Assembly (NCBI GenBank): GCA_019057385.1
Contig: JAHQJS010000004.1
Coordinates: forward strand, 948,727-1,012,726
DNA length: 64,000 nucleotides
Direction: 5' to 3'
DNA from: Candidatus Borrarchaeum weybense
GTDB taxonomy: Archaea > Asgardarchaeota > Sifarchaeia > Borrarchaeales > Borrarchaeaceae
This document shows positions 20,357 to 31,143 of the stretch, in pieces. The notes under the pieces are model-generated. The model did not search any database. It had not been told where the DNA came from and saw only the letters and a list, made by a program, of their open reading frames with translations. Every line of letters starts with the position of its first letter. The first letter of the stretch is position 1. Both the position numbers and the translations under genes were made by a program.

Positions 20357-21732
20357 AATGTGTCCGCAAGAAGACCCCCCAACTTGTTGGGGGGATAAAT
20401 GAATTGCGTGTGTTTACTGGTTTCACTTTCACGGTGGTGTCCCTCAGTTTAAATAGCAGTTTGTGGATACTAACTATCGGTAGTGATATGGCGCTCAAGG
20501 AAACCGAGGAAGACCTGTGATGAAACGCACGTACCAATTCCGCTTGTATCCCACCACACCACAGGCAACGATTCTCACACAATGGCTTACTACTTGCCGT
20601 CTGTTGTATAACAACTCTCTGGCAGAACGAAAACAGGCCTGGGAAACTCAGCAACACTCAGTCAGCTATTATGAGCAAGCCAACCAGCTAAAAGACGCTA
20701 AAAAGACCACTCCCTCTTTACAAAGCGTTCACTCACAGGTACTGCAAGATGTACTGAGACGCCTGGATAAGACCTTCCAGCACTTTTTTCGGCGCATTAA
20801 CAGGGGCGAAAAGGCCGGATACCCACGATTTAAAGGCAAATACCGCTATGATTCCTTCACCTACCCGCAAAGTGGGTTCGCCCTCGATTACCACCACAAG
20901 AAACTCCGCCTCTCGAAAATCGGAGCTATCACCATTACACTCCACCGCCGGATCCCAGTTGAAGGGGTGATCAAGACCTGTACCATTACTCGCGATGTCG
21001 ACCACTGGTATGCCTGTTTTGCAATAGCACTGCCTAATCCCGATCCTCAGCCTCAGAGAGACATACGGAAGGCCGTAGGTATAGATGTCGGGCTGAAGAG
21101 TCTAATCACGTGTAATAACGGAGACACCATCGCTAACCCACGCTGGTTGAGACACTCGGAGAAGCAGTTAGCCAAAGAACAGCGAAGGAAAGATAGGAAA
21201 CGTAAGGGTTCCCATAATCGTCACAAGCAGAACAGGAAGGTAGCACGGGTACACCGAAAGATACGCAACCAACGGAAGGACTTTCATCACCAGCTTAGTC
21301 GAATACTGGTCGATACCTATGACCTGATTGTGTATGAGAACCTTAGGATCACCAACATGGTGAAGAACCATCATCTTGCCAAATCGATTAGTGACGCCGG
21401 TTGGGGGCAACTCATGTGCTTTACCGAGTACAAAGCGGAGGAGGCTGGTTCTCTGGTAGAATATGTGAGTGCCTATAATAGCACCCAACGGTGTAGTAGG
21501 TGTGGCAAACTGGTACCCAAAACGCTGGCAACCCGCATCCACCGCTGTCCTTACTGTGGACTGGTGTTAGCGAGAGACCATAATTCAGCCATCACGGTGT
21601 TACACCGATCCACGCACTATTTAAAATCATGCTCATCATCAGGGCAGGAACTGTCCGTAGAGCCTGTTTGACATGTCCCGTTGGGGAATGGATGATTCAG
21701 GAAGCCAGTCTACTTGTAGGGTGGTAGTTCAC
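20357..21732 (+). mobile_element. TnpB-only IS200/IS605-family element (IS1341-like)
   Basis: Left-end hairpin CCCCCCAAC-TT-GTTGGGGGG after TTTAT; right end GAAGCCA..TGGTAGTTCAC; higher GC than flanks; no tnpA. Confidence 0.85.
20517..21671 (+). CDS. tnpB: RNA-guided endonuclease TnpB
   Basis: TYQFRLYP, GYPRFK, RuvC D (GIDVG), E (YENL), D (RDHNS), CSRC/CPYC zinc finger. Confidence 0.95.
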   Translation: MMKRTYQFRLYPTTPQATILTQWLTTCRLLYNNSLAERKQAWETQQHSVSYYEQANQLKDAKKTTPSLQSVHSQVLQDVLRRLDKTFQHFFRRINRGEKAGYPRFKGKYRYDSFTYPQSGFALDYHHKKLRLSKIGAITITLHRRIPVEGVIKTCTITRDVDHWYACFAIALPNPDPQPQRDIRKAVGIDVGLKSLITCNNGDTIANPRWLRHSEKQLAKEQRRKDRKRKGSHNRHKQNRKVARVHRKIRNQRKDFHHQLSRILVDTYDLIVYENLRITNMVKNHHLAKSISDAGWGQLMCFTEYKAEEAGSLVEYVSAYNSTQRCSRCGKLVPKTLATRIHRCPYCGLVLARDHNSAITVLHRSTHYLKSCSSSGQELSVEPV

Positions 21733-21978
21733 CATCACCAATCCATAGAGAACTTCATATTTTTCTATTATTTTTTCAATCTCATAAGCATAAAGAGGTT
21801 TTTCAACTCTGACATTAATCTTCATAAGTTTAAAACAAATTTTTCATACCACAAAGATACATGAACTTCTGCTAGACAAATTCACAAATTAATTGTGACT
21901 TTGCCGCAAACTCTACCTTTATACCTATGTCATATTAATATGATGTTAAATAATGACAAAAAATTAAAGGTGATAAAA

Positions 21979-22326
21979 ATGGGTGCATATGATTGTGATT
22001 CGTGTGGACTTAAATTTAAAACACGAGAAGAATTCGAAAAACATGCTGAGGAAAAACATGGCATGTCTGGTTTAGTAGACACAGCTATAGAGAAAATGGA
22101 TGAATCTGGAGAATGTCCGACGTGTGGCCTTAGCTACAAGAGCAAAGACGAACTGATGGCTCATATTGAGGGGAAACACGGGATGCCTGGCTATGTTGAC
22201 GTCATAATATCGAAAATGGACGAATCTGGTGAATGCGAGCATTGCGGATTGGAATATAAGAGCAAAGACGATCTAAAAGATCATTACGATGAACACCACG
22301 GCATGCCTGGGACAGGGGCAGTTTAA
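21979..22326 (+). CDS. Triple C2H2 zinc-finger protein
   Basis: Three C-x2-C-x12-H-x4-H units; GGTGAT RBS before ATG 21979. Confidence 0.85.
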   Translation: MGAYDCDSCGLKFKTREEFEKHAEEKHGMSGLVDTAIEKMDESGECPTCGLSYKSKDELMAHIEGKHGMPGYVDVIISKMDESGECEHCGLEYKSKDDLKDHYDEHHGMPGTGAV

Positions 22327-22534
22327 CTCTAGAAAACAAATATACTAGCTATTTTGACCGAAATGAAAATAAATTTTAAAATCTTTAGCCGGAAGAATCT
22401 TTTCTGGCGTCTTTTTTTAAGTTAGATTTAATAATTGCTAATTCATTGTCTGTAAGAATACGACATTTTTCGTTCTCTCAGAACATCTCTCTTCGTTATA
22501 AATAATATTATCATAGCTGTTTTTTTCTAAACTT

Positions 22535-23440
22535 TTATGTCCGCAAAAGAGGCAATGAAAGGCAAGTTGGTCCTCCGCTTCGGTTGTGGCAGATATCTTT
22601 TCCTTCAAATTCTAGGATTTCCACGCCATGATCTTCTAGTTTTCGCTTAGATTTATTTCCTTTTACCATGATTCCCTTTCTAGGTTTCAGCATCAATACA
22701 TTATTGCCATGTACCTTCAATTCATCATAGGTCAATTCAATGAGTTCAATACCTCTCTCTTGTAGAAATTCATACATATTAAGTGGCATGAGATCCAGAT
22801 ACGCGACAGCTAAATCTATGTCTAGAGGATGTATTATAGAGAGTAAATGGATAAGATCTTCGGGACCATGGAAGTAAGGTAAAGGAAATTGAAATACCTC
22901 TACTGATAACTCTTCTAAGGCCATTTTTAATTGCAGAAATCCTAATTCATTAGTTCGATGCGTTTTACCAACGATAACTGTTTGAGGGTCGAGCCATAAT
23001 ATATCTCCCCCTTCCAGTAATGCATCTCCATTAATCTTAAAATAAATTGGAATGCCTATTCGCTGCAGTTCTCTTTCGATAACAGGAACTTCCGCTTCTC
23101 TTAGTTTTTTCCCCATCTTACAAAGGATTGCACCGCTATTGGTCACTATTGCGTTATCAAATACAAAAATAGAATCAAGTAGCGTGTTTGAACCCTTTTC
23201 TTCATCTTGGGCTAGGATAACTTCTACACCTTCTCCTCTTAATAAATCAACGAGTTCTTCATGTTCGCGAATTGCTTGCTCCAGATCGGGTTTGTGAAAA
23301 TATCCAAAGTCTCTCCATGCCTCAGTTTCTTCAGGTTGATCTCGGGGCGATTTTAAGAGGATTTTTTTAAGGGGCTTGATCATTGATTGCCCCCCGAACT
23401 TGATAGTCTGCTGCATATCGTTCATATCCCTTAAGAGCAA
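22535..23440 (-). CDS. Amidinotransferase/dimethylargininase (DDAH)-like protein
   Basis: LEGGD, IHL, C-terminal GGPTCLS; real start may be 23383. Confidence 0.85.
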   Translation of the reverse strand: MLLRDMNDMQQTIKFGGQSMIKPLKKILLKSPRDQPEETEAWRDFGYFHKPDLEQAIREHEELVDLLRGEGVEVILAQDEEKGSNTLLDSIFVFDNAIVTNSGAILCKMGKKLREAEVPVIERELQRIGIPIYFKINGDALLEGGDILWLDPQTVIVGKTHRTNELGFLQLKMALEELSVEVFQFPLPYFHGPEDLIHLLSIIHPLDIDLAVAYLDLMPLNMYEFLQERGIELIELTYDELKVHGNNVLMLKPRKGIMVKGNKSKRKLEDHGVEILEFEGKDICHNRSGGPTCLSLPLLRT

Positions 23441-23584
23441 TGAGGATGTTCATCATTTAAAGATTGCACATAGTATTGAGAACCAATATCCATAGTCTTT
23501 TATTTATTACTGATGAACCCCATTTTGCCTATATTGTAAATGCATTAAAGTTCATTTTTACAGCATAATTAAGGCGATGCAACG

Positions 23585-25024
23585 ATGAAAAGCGAATTTC
23601 GTCAACTTTTAAAGATTGTGAATCAAGAAAATATTATTTCTGATGAAACAGACCTCTTAGCGTACTCACGTGACTTAACACCATATATCCTTAAGCCAGA
23701 CATAGTTATTTTTCCTGAAACGACTAAAGATGTTTCAGAAGTGCTAAAGTTTGCTAATGAAAAAAAGATTCCAGTCACAATGCGAGGCTCTGGTGCAAGT
23801 TTTACTGGATCCTCGCTTCCTCGAAAGGGGGGAATTGTACTCGATATGAGCGAAATGAATCACATCATTAAGATAATTCCTGAGGATTTTATCTGTGTTG
23901 CTCAACCGGGAGTGAGTCTAGGTGAACTTAACAGCGAACTAATGAAATATGATTGCATTTTTCCGCATGATATCGGCTCGAAGGATGTTAGTTCGCTTGG
24001 AGGAGTAGTTGCATCCGATTCTCACGGGCATCACGGTCTTAAAAATGGAAAGGTTGGCAACTGGATAATTGGTCTTGAAGTTGTCTTAGCCAATGGCAAG
24101 ATCGTAAAACTTGGAACAAATACCTTACGAAACAATTGCGGCTTTAATTTAATACGGCTATTTGCTGGATCTCAAGGCACTCTTTGTGCTATAACTGAAA
24201 TTACGATTTGTATCGCACCACTTCCGAAAACTTCAGCGACAATAGGCATATTTTTTGATGAGATGGAGAATGTGATGTCTGCTGTAAGAGCAATTATATA
24301 TGCAGGCGTCGAGCCAAGTGCAATCGAAATTGTAGATCAGTTTTCTCTAAATGCTGTGAATAAGACACTTCAATTAGGTTTTCCAAAAGCCGAAGCAATG
24401 ATGATTACCGATGTAGAAGCACCAGACGATGACTCACTTGAGAAAAAGGTAAATGTAGTCAAAGAAATGTGTATAGCACATGATGGGCGCGATATACTGT
24501 GGTCTAAAGACCCAAAAGAAATGGATACCTTGTGGTTGCCTAGGACGGGCATAGATATAGCCATTGCAAAAACTCACGCAGGTTATAGAGAAGTGGGCTT
24601 TGCCATTGCAGACCCATGCGTGTCCCTATCTGCAATGATAGACGTGATGATCAAGATGCGGCAAATCTTCGATGAACATGATGTCTTAGCAGCCGTGTTT
24701 GGGCATGTGGGACTCGGAATAATACACCCTGCAGTTTTTGTAAAGGTAGATGATCCCAATGAGTGGAAGGCTGCAAAAAAGGCTGAAAAGGAAATAGTGG
24801 ACCTCATAGCACAGGTTGGAGGGACAATTACAGGAGAACACGGGATAGGTTTGATCAAAAGCCCATTTGTTCCTGCAGAACTGGGAAACAGCTTGGACAT
24901 AATGAGGGCTATTAAGCAATTATTCGATCCTAATGGAATCCTAAATATTGGAAAAATGTGTTTAGATGAATTATCATTTGAAGAGCCTCCTCATTCAGCT
25001 TACTCAAAATATAAGGATGAATAA
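23585..25024 (+). CDS. glcD: FAD-linked oxidase, GlcD/D-lactate dehydrogenase-like
   Basis: RGSGASFTG, GHVGLGIIH, GEHGIG, FDPNGILN. Confidence 0.88.
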   Translation: MKSEFRQLLKIVNQENIISDETDLLAYSRDLTPYILKPDIVIFPETTKDVSEVLKFANEKKIPVTMRGSGASFTGSSLPRKGGIVLDMSEMNHIIKIIPEDFICVAQPGVSLGELNSELMKYDCIFPHDIGSKDVSSLGGVVASDSHGHHGLKNGKVGNWIIGLEVVLANGKIVKLGTNTLRNNCGFNLIRLFAGSQGTLCAITEITICIAPLPKTSATIGIFFDEMENVMSAVRAIIYAGVEPSAIEIVDQFSLNAVNKTLQLGFPKAEAMMITDVEAPDDDSLEKKVNVVKEMCIAHDGRDILWSKDPKEMDTLWLPRTGIDIAIAKTHAGYREVGFAIADPCVSLSAMIDVMIKMRQIFDEHDVLAAVFGHVGLGIIHPAVFVKVDDPNEWKAAKKAEKEIVDLIAQVGGTITGEHGIGLIKSPFVPAELGNSLDIMRAIKQLFDPNGILNIGKMCLDELSFEEPPHSAYSKYKDE

Positions 25025-25042
25025 CTAAAGGACGATGAGTTT

Positions 25043-25468
25043 ATGAACGAAAGTGCGTCAAACAGTGAAGAATTGGCAAAGCTTAGAGATGAAGTAATAA
25101 TATGTACAAATTGTGGATTGTGTAAAGCGGTATGCCCAATTTTTGAAGAAAACAGACGTGAACCATTCAGCGCAAGGGCTAAGATGATCTTAGCGTATTT
25201 TCTCTTATCAGACCAAATTGAATTAAACGATACGGTAGTATCGAGAATTTATCAATGCACCACATGCAAAAATTGTACATATACTTGCCTGTGTGAATTA
25301 GATGTGGCAAAAATTATCGAGAAATTACGGAAATTATTGGTAGAAAAGGGACATGCAACGGAAGTATCGTCTGAGCTTGTCACAAATATCGAGAAAACGT
25401 ATAATCCATTTGGGGAAGACCCTAAAGTACGTAACAACTTCCTTAAACTTGTCCAAGAAGAAGATTAG
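25043..25468 (+). CDS. 2x[4Fe-4S] subunit (GlcF/HdrC-like)
   Basis: CTNCGLCKAVCP and CTTCKNCTYTC. Confidence 0.88.
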   Translation: MNESASNSEELAKLRDEVIICTNCGLCKAVCPIFEENRREPFSARAKMILAYFLLSDQIELNDTVVSRIYQCTTCKNCTYTCLCELDVAKIIEKLRKLLVEKGHATEVSSELVTNIEKTYNPFGEDPKVRNNFLKLVQEED

Positions 25469-25478
25469 GGGTACAAAC

Positions 25479-26213
25479 ATGTTAGTGTATTATGTGGGTT
25501 GCATGGCGACATACAGACTACCCAGTATTGCTAAGAGTACGATTGAAATTTTAAAAGAGAGTGGAATTGATTTTACTGTTCTAGGAGACAAAGAATGGTG
25601 TTGCGGTTCAGTTGCCTTACGAACTGGATATATTGATATTGCAAAAAAACTGGCAGAGCATAATGTAGAGGAGATCAAGAAATTAGGCGCCGATCGAGTT
25701 GTTACGGCGTGTGCAGGTTGCTACAGAACATTCAAAGTTGATTATCCAGAATTACTTGGCACGGATGACTTAGGCTTTGAAGTGCTTCATGTTCCAGAAT
25801 TGCTTCACGAATTAATTGAAACGGGAAAAGTGGAGCTACAACAATTAGATAAAACTGTAACGTTTCACGATCCATGCCACATTGGACGTCATATGGATCT
25901 CTATGAAATACCAAGGGTTGTTTTACAGAAGGTGCCTGGTTTGGAACTAGTTGAAATGGAACGAAATAAAGAAAATGCGCGATGCTGCGGTGCAGGCGGT
26001 GGAGTACGTTCTGCTTTCAGAGACCTTTCAAGAAATCTCGCAAATAGAAGACTAGAAGATGCCGAAGAAACCAAAGCCGAGATCTTAACGACGGCATGCC
26101 CATTTTGCACTTACAATCTAAGAGAAGCCGTGGACCGAAATGGAACTGATATAGAGATGCTTGATCTCCCTGAATTATTTGTGAGACTCATTAAAAAAAA
26201 GAGTCGTGAATAA
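25479..26213 (+). CDS. CCG-domain Fe-S oxidoreductase subunit (GlcF/HdrD C-terminal-like)
   Basis: WCCG, TACAGC, HDPCH, CCGAGGG, ACPFC. Confidence 0.9.
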   Translation: MLVYYVGCMATYRLPSIAKSTIEILKESGIDFTVLGDKEWCCGSVALRTGYIDIAKKLAEHNVEEIKKLGADRVVTACAGCYRTFKVDYPELLGTDDLGFEVLHVPELLHELIETGKVELQQLDKTVTFHDPCHIGRHMDLYEIPRVVLQKVPGLELVEMERNKENARCCGAGGGVRSAFRDLSRNLANRRLEDAEETKAEILTTACPFCTYNLREAVDRNGTDIEMLDLPELFVRLIKKKSRE

Positions 26214-26248
26214 GCATGTATTAACTATAACGACAAATCTCTATTTTA

Positions 26249-27235
26249 TTAAAAGGAAATCTCTGTTCCTATGTTCTTCTTTTTTGCCGCCAGATATGCA
26301 TGTTTTGCGGCGCTTGCATCCTGAATTGCCATGCCAACCGATTTGAAAAATGTGATTTCGTCTTCTGATGTCCTTCCTGGTTTTTTACCGATAACAAGAT
26401 CGCCTAATTCCGCGTATATATGCTCTTTTGTTATAGCTCCATTCTCTAATGGTATAATAAGGTCTCCTGCTTCACTAAACGATGCTTCAAACGAATCAAC
26501 GACTACCTTAGCCTTTTTTACGGTGGCAACGTCCACTTCTTGCATTTGAGGCGTGTAGCTCCCAATACCGTTAATATGCGTACCTGGTTTAATCCAATCA
26601 CCAGAAAATGTAGGAGTTTTCGACCATGTAGCTGTCAGAATTATATCTGCATCTTCTACAGTTTCTTTGTTGCTTGTTGCTACATTAACAGGAATGTTCA
26701 ATTTTTCACTCATTTGTTTTGCAAAAGCCTCTTGCCTCTCTATTGGGTCTATAGAATAGATTTTTGCCTTTTCTATAGGTCTTACTTCACATACCGCCCA
26801 CAATTGTTTCTCTGCTTGAACTCCTGTGCCGATAAGACCCACTTTTTTCGCCTTTTCTCGTGCTAAGTATTTAGTAGCAACCCCACTAACGCCTCCTGTA
26901 CGCATAGCTGTGAGATAACCTCCATCCATTATGCTAAGAATTTGTCCAGTTTTTGGATCAATTAAGAGAACCGCAGCATGAATTGTTGGGAGATTGTAGA
27001 GTTGTGGATTATTTTTAAATACAGATACAACCTTACAGCTCATAGCCTCCATTTGTTCTAAATATGCTGGCATAAAAAGAACAATACCTTCCTCTTTTTC
27101 GACTTCTATCGGAACTCTTAGGGGGGCCTTCGCGGTTCGCCTAGAAAATTCAGCAAATGCGTGTTCAACTACATTAATAGCATCACTCATTGTTAAAACG
27201 GACTCTAAATCTGAACGAGAAAGGAATAGCACCAT
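26249..27235 (-). CDS. Ornithine cyclodeaminase/mu-crystallin (archaeal alanine dehydrogenase-like)
   Basis: LTAMRTG, GTGVQA, FKSVGMAIQD. Confidence 0.9.
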   Translation of the reverse strand: MVLFLSRSDLESVLTMSDAINVVEHAFAEFSRRTAKAPLRVPIEVEKEEGIVLFMPAYLEQMEAMSCKVVSVFKNNPQLYNLPTIHAAVLLIDPKTGQILSIMDGGYLTAMRTGGVSGVATKYLAREKAKKVGLIGTGVQAEKQLWAVCEVRPIEKAKIYSIDPIERQEAFAKQMSEKLNIPVNVATSNKETVEDADIILTATWSKTPTFSGDWIKPGTHINGIGSYTPQMQEVDVATVKKAKVVVDSFEASFSEAGDLIIPLENGAITKEHIYAELGDLVIGKKPGRTSEDEITFFKSVGMAIQDASAAKHAYLAAKKKNIGTEISF

Positions 27236-27467
27236 TTTTCTAACCTCAAATTTTCGTATGTTGGCTATATGTGTGACTTTCACTAATTAAATGATTGTGC
27301 TCTAAATATAGCAGTTTTCTATTTGACTCGTTGAAGGTGTTAAATCGACTCGTCGACAAAATATGATAGATTTCGAAGCAAATTGACAAAAGTACGTTTT
27401 CACTTACACTACTCTCCCACTCTAGGTTTAAATCTATGAGTGACGTATCTGTAGATGATGATATAAA

Positions 27468-27644
27468 ATGTCAGACGAAGAGTTAAAAAACAAGGTAAAG
27501 GAACTCTCTGGCAAATGGAAAGAAAGTAGAGATTATCAATATATTCAAGAGGCACTACGTGCTGCTAAGCAGATTAAAGATGATAAAGTCCAGGTGTTTT
27601 TAGCAATATTACACGATATTGCCGAAGTATGTGCCGAGTGTTGA
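27468..27644 (+). CDS. Small hypothetical protein, 58 aa (below ORF-track cut-off)
   Basis: MSDEELKNKVKELSGKWKESRDYQYIQEALRAAKQIKDDKVQVFLAILHDIAEVCAEC; helical composition. Confidence 0.45.
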   Translation: MSDEELKNKVKELSGKWKESRDYQYIQEALRAAKQIKDDKVQVFLAILHDIAEVCAEC

Positions 27645-27748
27645 GACAAATTGATTGTCATTAACATAAGGTTTATTATGCCCCTCATAATTGACTTTTC
27701 TTAGGCATATATAATTAAACCTACATCCCTGCTTTAAGGTGATTAATT

Positions 27749-28015
27749 ATGACAAAATTCAGATTGTGCATTGACAATGCTAACGGGAAAGTTTTGGCTG
27801 AGAATGAGGTGATTTTACGCACTAAATTCAATTATCATATAGATAGGGGTTTTAAAAAATTGCTAGAAAAGATTGATTTAGCACCCTATTCTGGCCAATC
27901 ATTATTAGGTCAAGTGAAATATTTCACACCGTATAATGACGTGTTCTTCGTAAGCTCATTTAACATTGAAATATCTGATGACAAAACAGTATCTTCTATT
28001 GAGAGAATCAGCTAA
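27749..28015 (+). CDS. Hypothetical protein (88 aa)
   Basis: AGGTGAT RBS before ATG. Confidence 0.55.
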   Translation: MTKFRLCIDNANGKVLAENEVILRTKFNYHIDRGFKKLLEKIDLAPYSGQSLLGQVKYFTPYNDVFFVSSFNIEISDDKTVSSIERIS

Positions 28016-28181
28016 CTTATTGTACAAATTTGAAGCTTCTTATTCTAATTGATCAATAGTGTGACATTGGCTCGATGCTTCAACGTGAGGCAGTTTACTC
28101 GCAGACTGTTGCAATTAGTTATTTCGTTTCTGCTTTTCAACTTAAACTTTTTAAAAATGAGATACAATTAAAAAAATCCTT

Positions 28182-29084
28182 TTAAAAGGGCAGAAGTTGT
28201 GAAATCATTGGGATATAGACCGTTAGTATTTGTACCCATAGAGTTGCTGTGTTAAAGGCGCCAGTATTGAATTTAAACCACAGACAGAAGGCATACACTA
28301 AAATTGTTATAGCCAAAAATGCGATTTCTCTTGCATGAATTCCTACATCTTCCATGAACGTACGTTTTTCGGGGGCTCCAAATCCTCGGCTTTCAATTGC
28401 AATCTCTAAATCATTTGCTTGCCGCAGGAGTATGAGCACTAGGGGGGTCGTAATTGGTATGTAAGCACTTATTGCTTTTTTGATGAAATTCATTTTGTCG
28501 ATATTGAATGCTCGAAGTTTTTGCGCTTCTACGATTCGACTCCATGTGGCGTCCACCATCGGTACGAACCGAATCGCAGTGACGAGCATAAATGCAAAGC
28601 TAAAAGGAACTTTAATCTTTGTAAGCCCATCTAATAATTTGGATGGCGAAGTGGTCATTATTAAGAGCGGAAGCGCGCATACAGCGGTAATGACACGAAC
28701 AACAATCATTATTCCGAAGAGGAATCCTTCTAATGTAAAGACGCCTAAGTCAGCACCGCCAGCAATTTGATAACTCCATGGTAATTTGAAGAGTGGAGTC
28801 TGTGATTCTCCTAAGCCTACGCGCGCGTACATGAATCCCTGAATGACGATAATAAAGATACAAACAAATAGGAAAAGTCTGAAAACTTTAGCAAGATATC
28901 TTAACCTGATTTTGCCAAACTGCCATAAAATCAATGTATATACAAGCCAGACCAACAGCATCAGTATATCTGCTGTTCGTGTGACAATTAAGACTAAGGG
29001 GAGTGTGAGTAACACATAAATCAGTTTTGCAATAGGACTCATTCTGTGCATGAGTGAATTTGCTTTTATATATTCGATTGTCAT
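28182..29084 (-). CDS. ecfT: ECF transporter T component
   Basis: AIRFVP, AQKLRA and AIESRGF motifs. Confidence 0.9.
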   Translation of the reverse strand: MTIEYIKANSLMHRMSPIAKLIYVLLTLPLVLIVTRTADILMLLVWLVYTLILWQFGKIRLRYLAKVFRLFLFVCIFIIVIQGFMYARVGLGESQTPLFKLPWSYQIAGGADLGVFTLEGFLFGIMIVVRVITAVCALPLLIMTTSPSKLLDGLTKIKVPFSFAFMLVTAIRFVPMVDATWSRIVEAQKLRAFNIDKMNFIKKAISAYIPITTPLVLILLRQANDLEIAIESRGFGAPEKRTFMEDVGIHAREIAFLAITILVYAFCLWFKFNTGAFNTATLWVQILTVYIPMISQLLPF

Positions 29085-29102
29085 TGATTCCGTATCTCCC
29101 TT

Positions 29103-30854
29103 CTAGGATAAAATATGAATCATATCTTCAACAGAAAGCACATCTTGAGGAATATTATATTCTTGCAAAGCGAATGCTAATTGTGTCATTTGTGGAGGCT
29201 TCAGAAACGCCCGCTTTAATACATCTTTCTGATAAAAAACATCTCTTGTGGGACCATCGGCAATTATCTCTCCATCTGCCATGACTATTAGTCTCTTAGC
29301 GAATCTCGCCACGAGTTCCATATCGTGTGTAATCATAATTACAGTTTTCAATAAGCCTTTATCAAACAAGTCTTTGGCTAAATCCGCAAGTAAGTATCGT
29401 CCCCAATAATCTTGCGCTGTTGTCGGTTCATCCATAATCAGTATTTCTGGTCTCATTGCTAAGACCGTAGCTACCGCTAACTTGCGCCGATCTCCGAACG
29501 ACAATCGGAATGGAAATGTGTCATATTCTTTATCAAGACCCACAACTCGTAATGCATCTAGAACACGGTCTTCTATCTCGTCATCTGGCACTCCAATATT
29601 TTTTAAACCGAAACGGATTTCCTTGTCTGCCGAAATAGTGAATAATTGATAATCTGGATTCTGAAGTACCATTCCTACTTTTTTTGCTACGTCACTAACA
29701 TCAAGTTTACTAAGATCTTCGCCTCTGAAGAATGCGTTTCCTTCTGTTGCTTGTAAAATACCCACAAAATTCTTAACCAAAGTAGTCTTTCCGCTTCCAT
29801 TTTGACCAATTATGCCTACAAATTCGCCTTCATAGATTTTCAAATTGATGTTTTTTAACGCCTTAATATGTTCATAACCTTTGTAAGAATAGCTTAAATT
29901 TTCAGCAATTAAAATAGATTCTCCTAATTCCTTTTTTCCATCACCAGGTAACGCTTTTTTGACGGAAAGTTTTCTATCTTTAAAAAGGGCTTCCATTTTT
30001 CCTATTCCTTGATAGAGAGAAATTTGAGGTTCTACGTGAAATCTCTCTTGTAATTTTAGGAATAATTGAGAGATATCAGGCGGACGAACACCGTTTTCTT
30101 CGATTATTTTTGTGCGACTGAGGACTTCATCTGTTGGTCCGTAGTCAATACTCTTACCATCTCTTAAAATTAATATTTTGTCTGCAAGATCTATGATTTC
30201 TTCTGTTTTATGAGTAATCATGATTGTCGTGACTTTACCTTCTTTTTTTAACTGTTGAATTGCATCAAGCACTTCGACAGTGCCGAGTGGGTCTAATTGT
30301 GATGTAGGCTCGTCCAAAACCAATAAGCGGGGCTGCATGCACCACGTTGCAGCAAGAGCAACTCTCTGTTTTTGTCCACCAGAAAGTTCTTGAGGTGTTC
30401 TATCTTCAAATCCTGCAAGACCAACGATTTCTAGAGCATTTTTTGTGCGCATAAATATCTCTTCTTTTGGCACACCGAAGTTAGCTGGCCCAAAAGCAAG
30501 TTCCATATCCACCCCTGGCATGAGTAATTGAGTCTCTGGGTCTTGAAGAACAATCCCCACAGTTCTGGCAGTCTCATAAATCGGTTGTACCCAAGGGTCC
30601 TTTCCAAAAATGTTTATTTTACCTTTAATCTTCCCAGCCCATATTCCGGGGCATACTCCAGAAAGTAAAAAACAGAGCGTTGTTTTCCCAGCTCCGTTTG
30701 GTCCCATGACGGCAAGAAATTCGCCTTCAGACAACTCGAAACTGATGTTCTCTAGAGCAGGTCTTTCAGTATCTTCATATTTATACGAAACGTTGTCAAA
30801 GAAAACTGTACTAGTTTGATCCTTGCTTTCCATTGTCTCCGCTTTCCAATTCAT
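29103..30854 (-). CDS. ecfA: ECF transporter duplicated ATPase (A-A')
   Basis: Two ABC domains: GPNGAGKT/LSGGQ/LDEP and GQNGSGKT/LSFGD/MDEP. Confidence 0.92.
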   Translation of the reverse strand: MNWKAETMESKDQTSTVFFDNVSYKYEDTERPALENISFELSEGEFLAVMGPNGAGKTTLCFLLSGVCPGIWAGKIKGKINIFGKDPWVQPIYETARTVGIVLQDPETQLLMPGVDMELAFGPANFGVPKEEIFMRTKNALEIVGLAGFEDRTPQELSGGQKQRVALAATWCMQPRLLVLDEPTSQLDPLGTVEVLDAIQQLKKEGKVTTIMITHKTEEIIDLADKILILRDGKSIDYGPTDEVLSRTKIIEENGVRPPDISQLFLKLQERFHVEPQISLYQGIGKMEALFKDRKLSVKKALPGDGKKELGESILIAENLSYSYKGYEHIKALKNINLKIYEGEFVGIIGQNGSGKTTLVKNFVGILQATEGNAFFRGEDLSKLDVSDVAKKVGMVLQNPDYQLFTISADKEIRFGLKNIGVPDDEIEDRVLDALRVVGLDKEYDTFPFRLSFGDRRKLAVATVLAMRPEILIMDEPTTAQDYWGRYLLADLAKDLFDKGLLKTVIMITHDMELVARFAKRLIVMADGEIIADGPTRDVFYQKDVLKRAFLKPPQMTQLAFALQEYNIPQDVLSVEDMIHILS

Positions 30855-31143
30855 TGTTATAGACTCTCAAAAGCACTTGACACACTAGGTGTCCGCTTCT
30901 TTGAAGCCCCCCAATAATGAGGATCGAAATAATCGTATGGTCTTTGCATATTTCTCTTATATATATTTTAACTTATGCGGCACGAAGTCACATCCGATAG
31001 GGTGAGGTAGTTTACGAAGCAATCAGGCACTAAAAAACGATCTTTCACGATCTAGATTGTTAAACAACGTAACATTATTCTTGTAGTTAAAAAAAGAAAA
31101 AAAAGGTATGGTAATCAAGGCGTTTCCTTAAATACCACTAATT

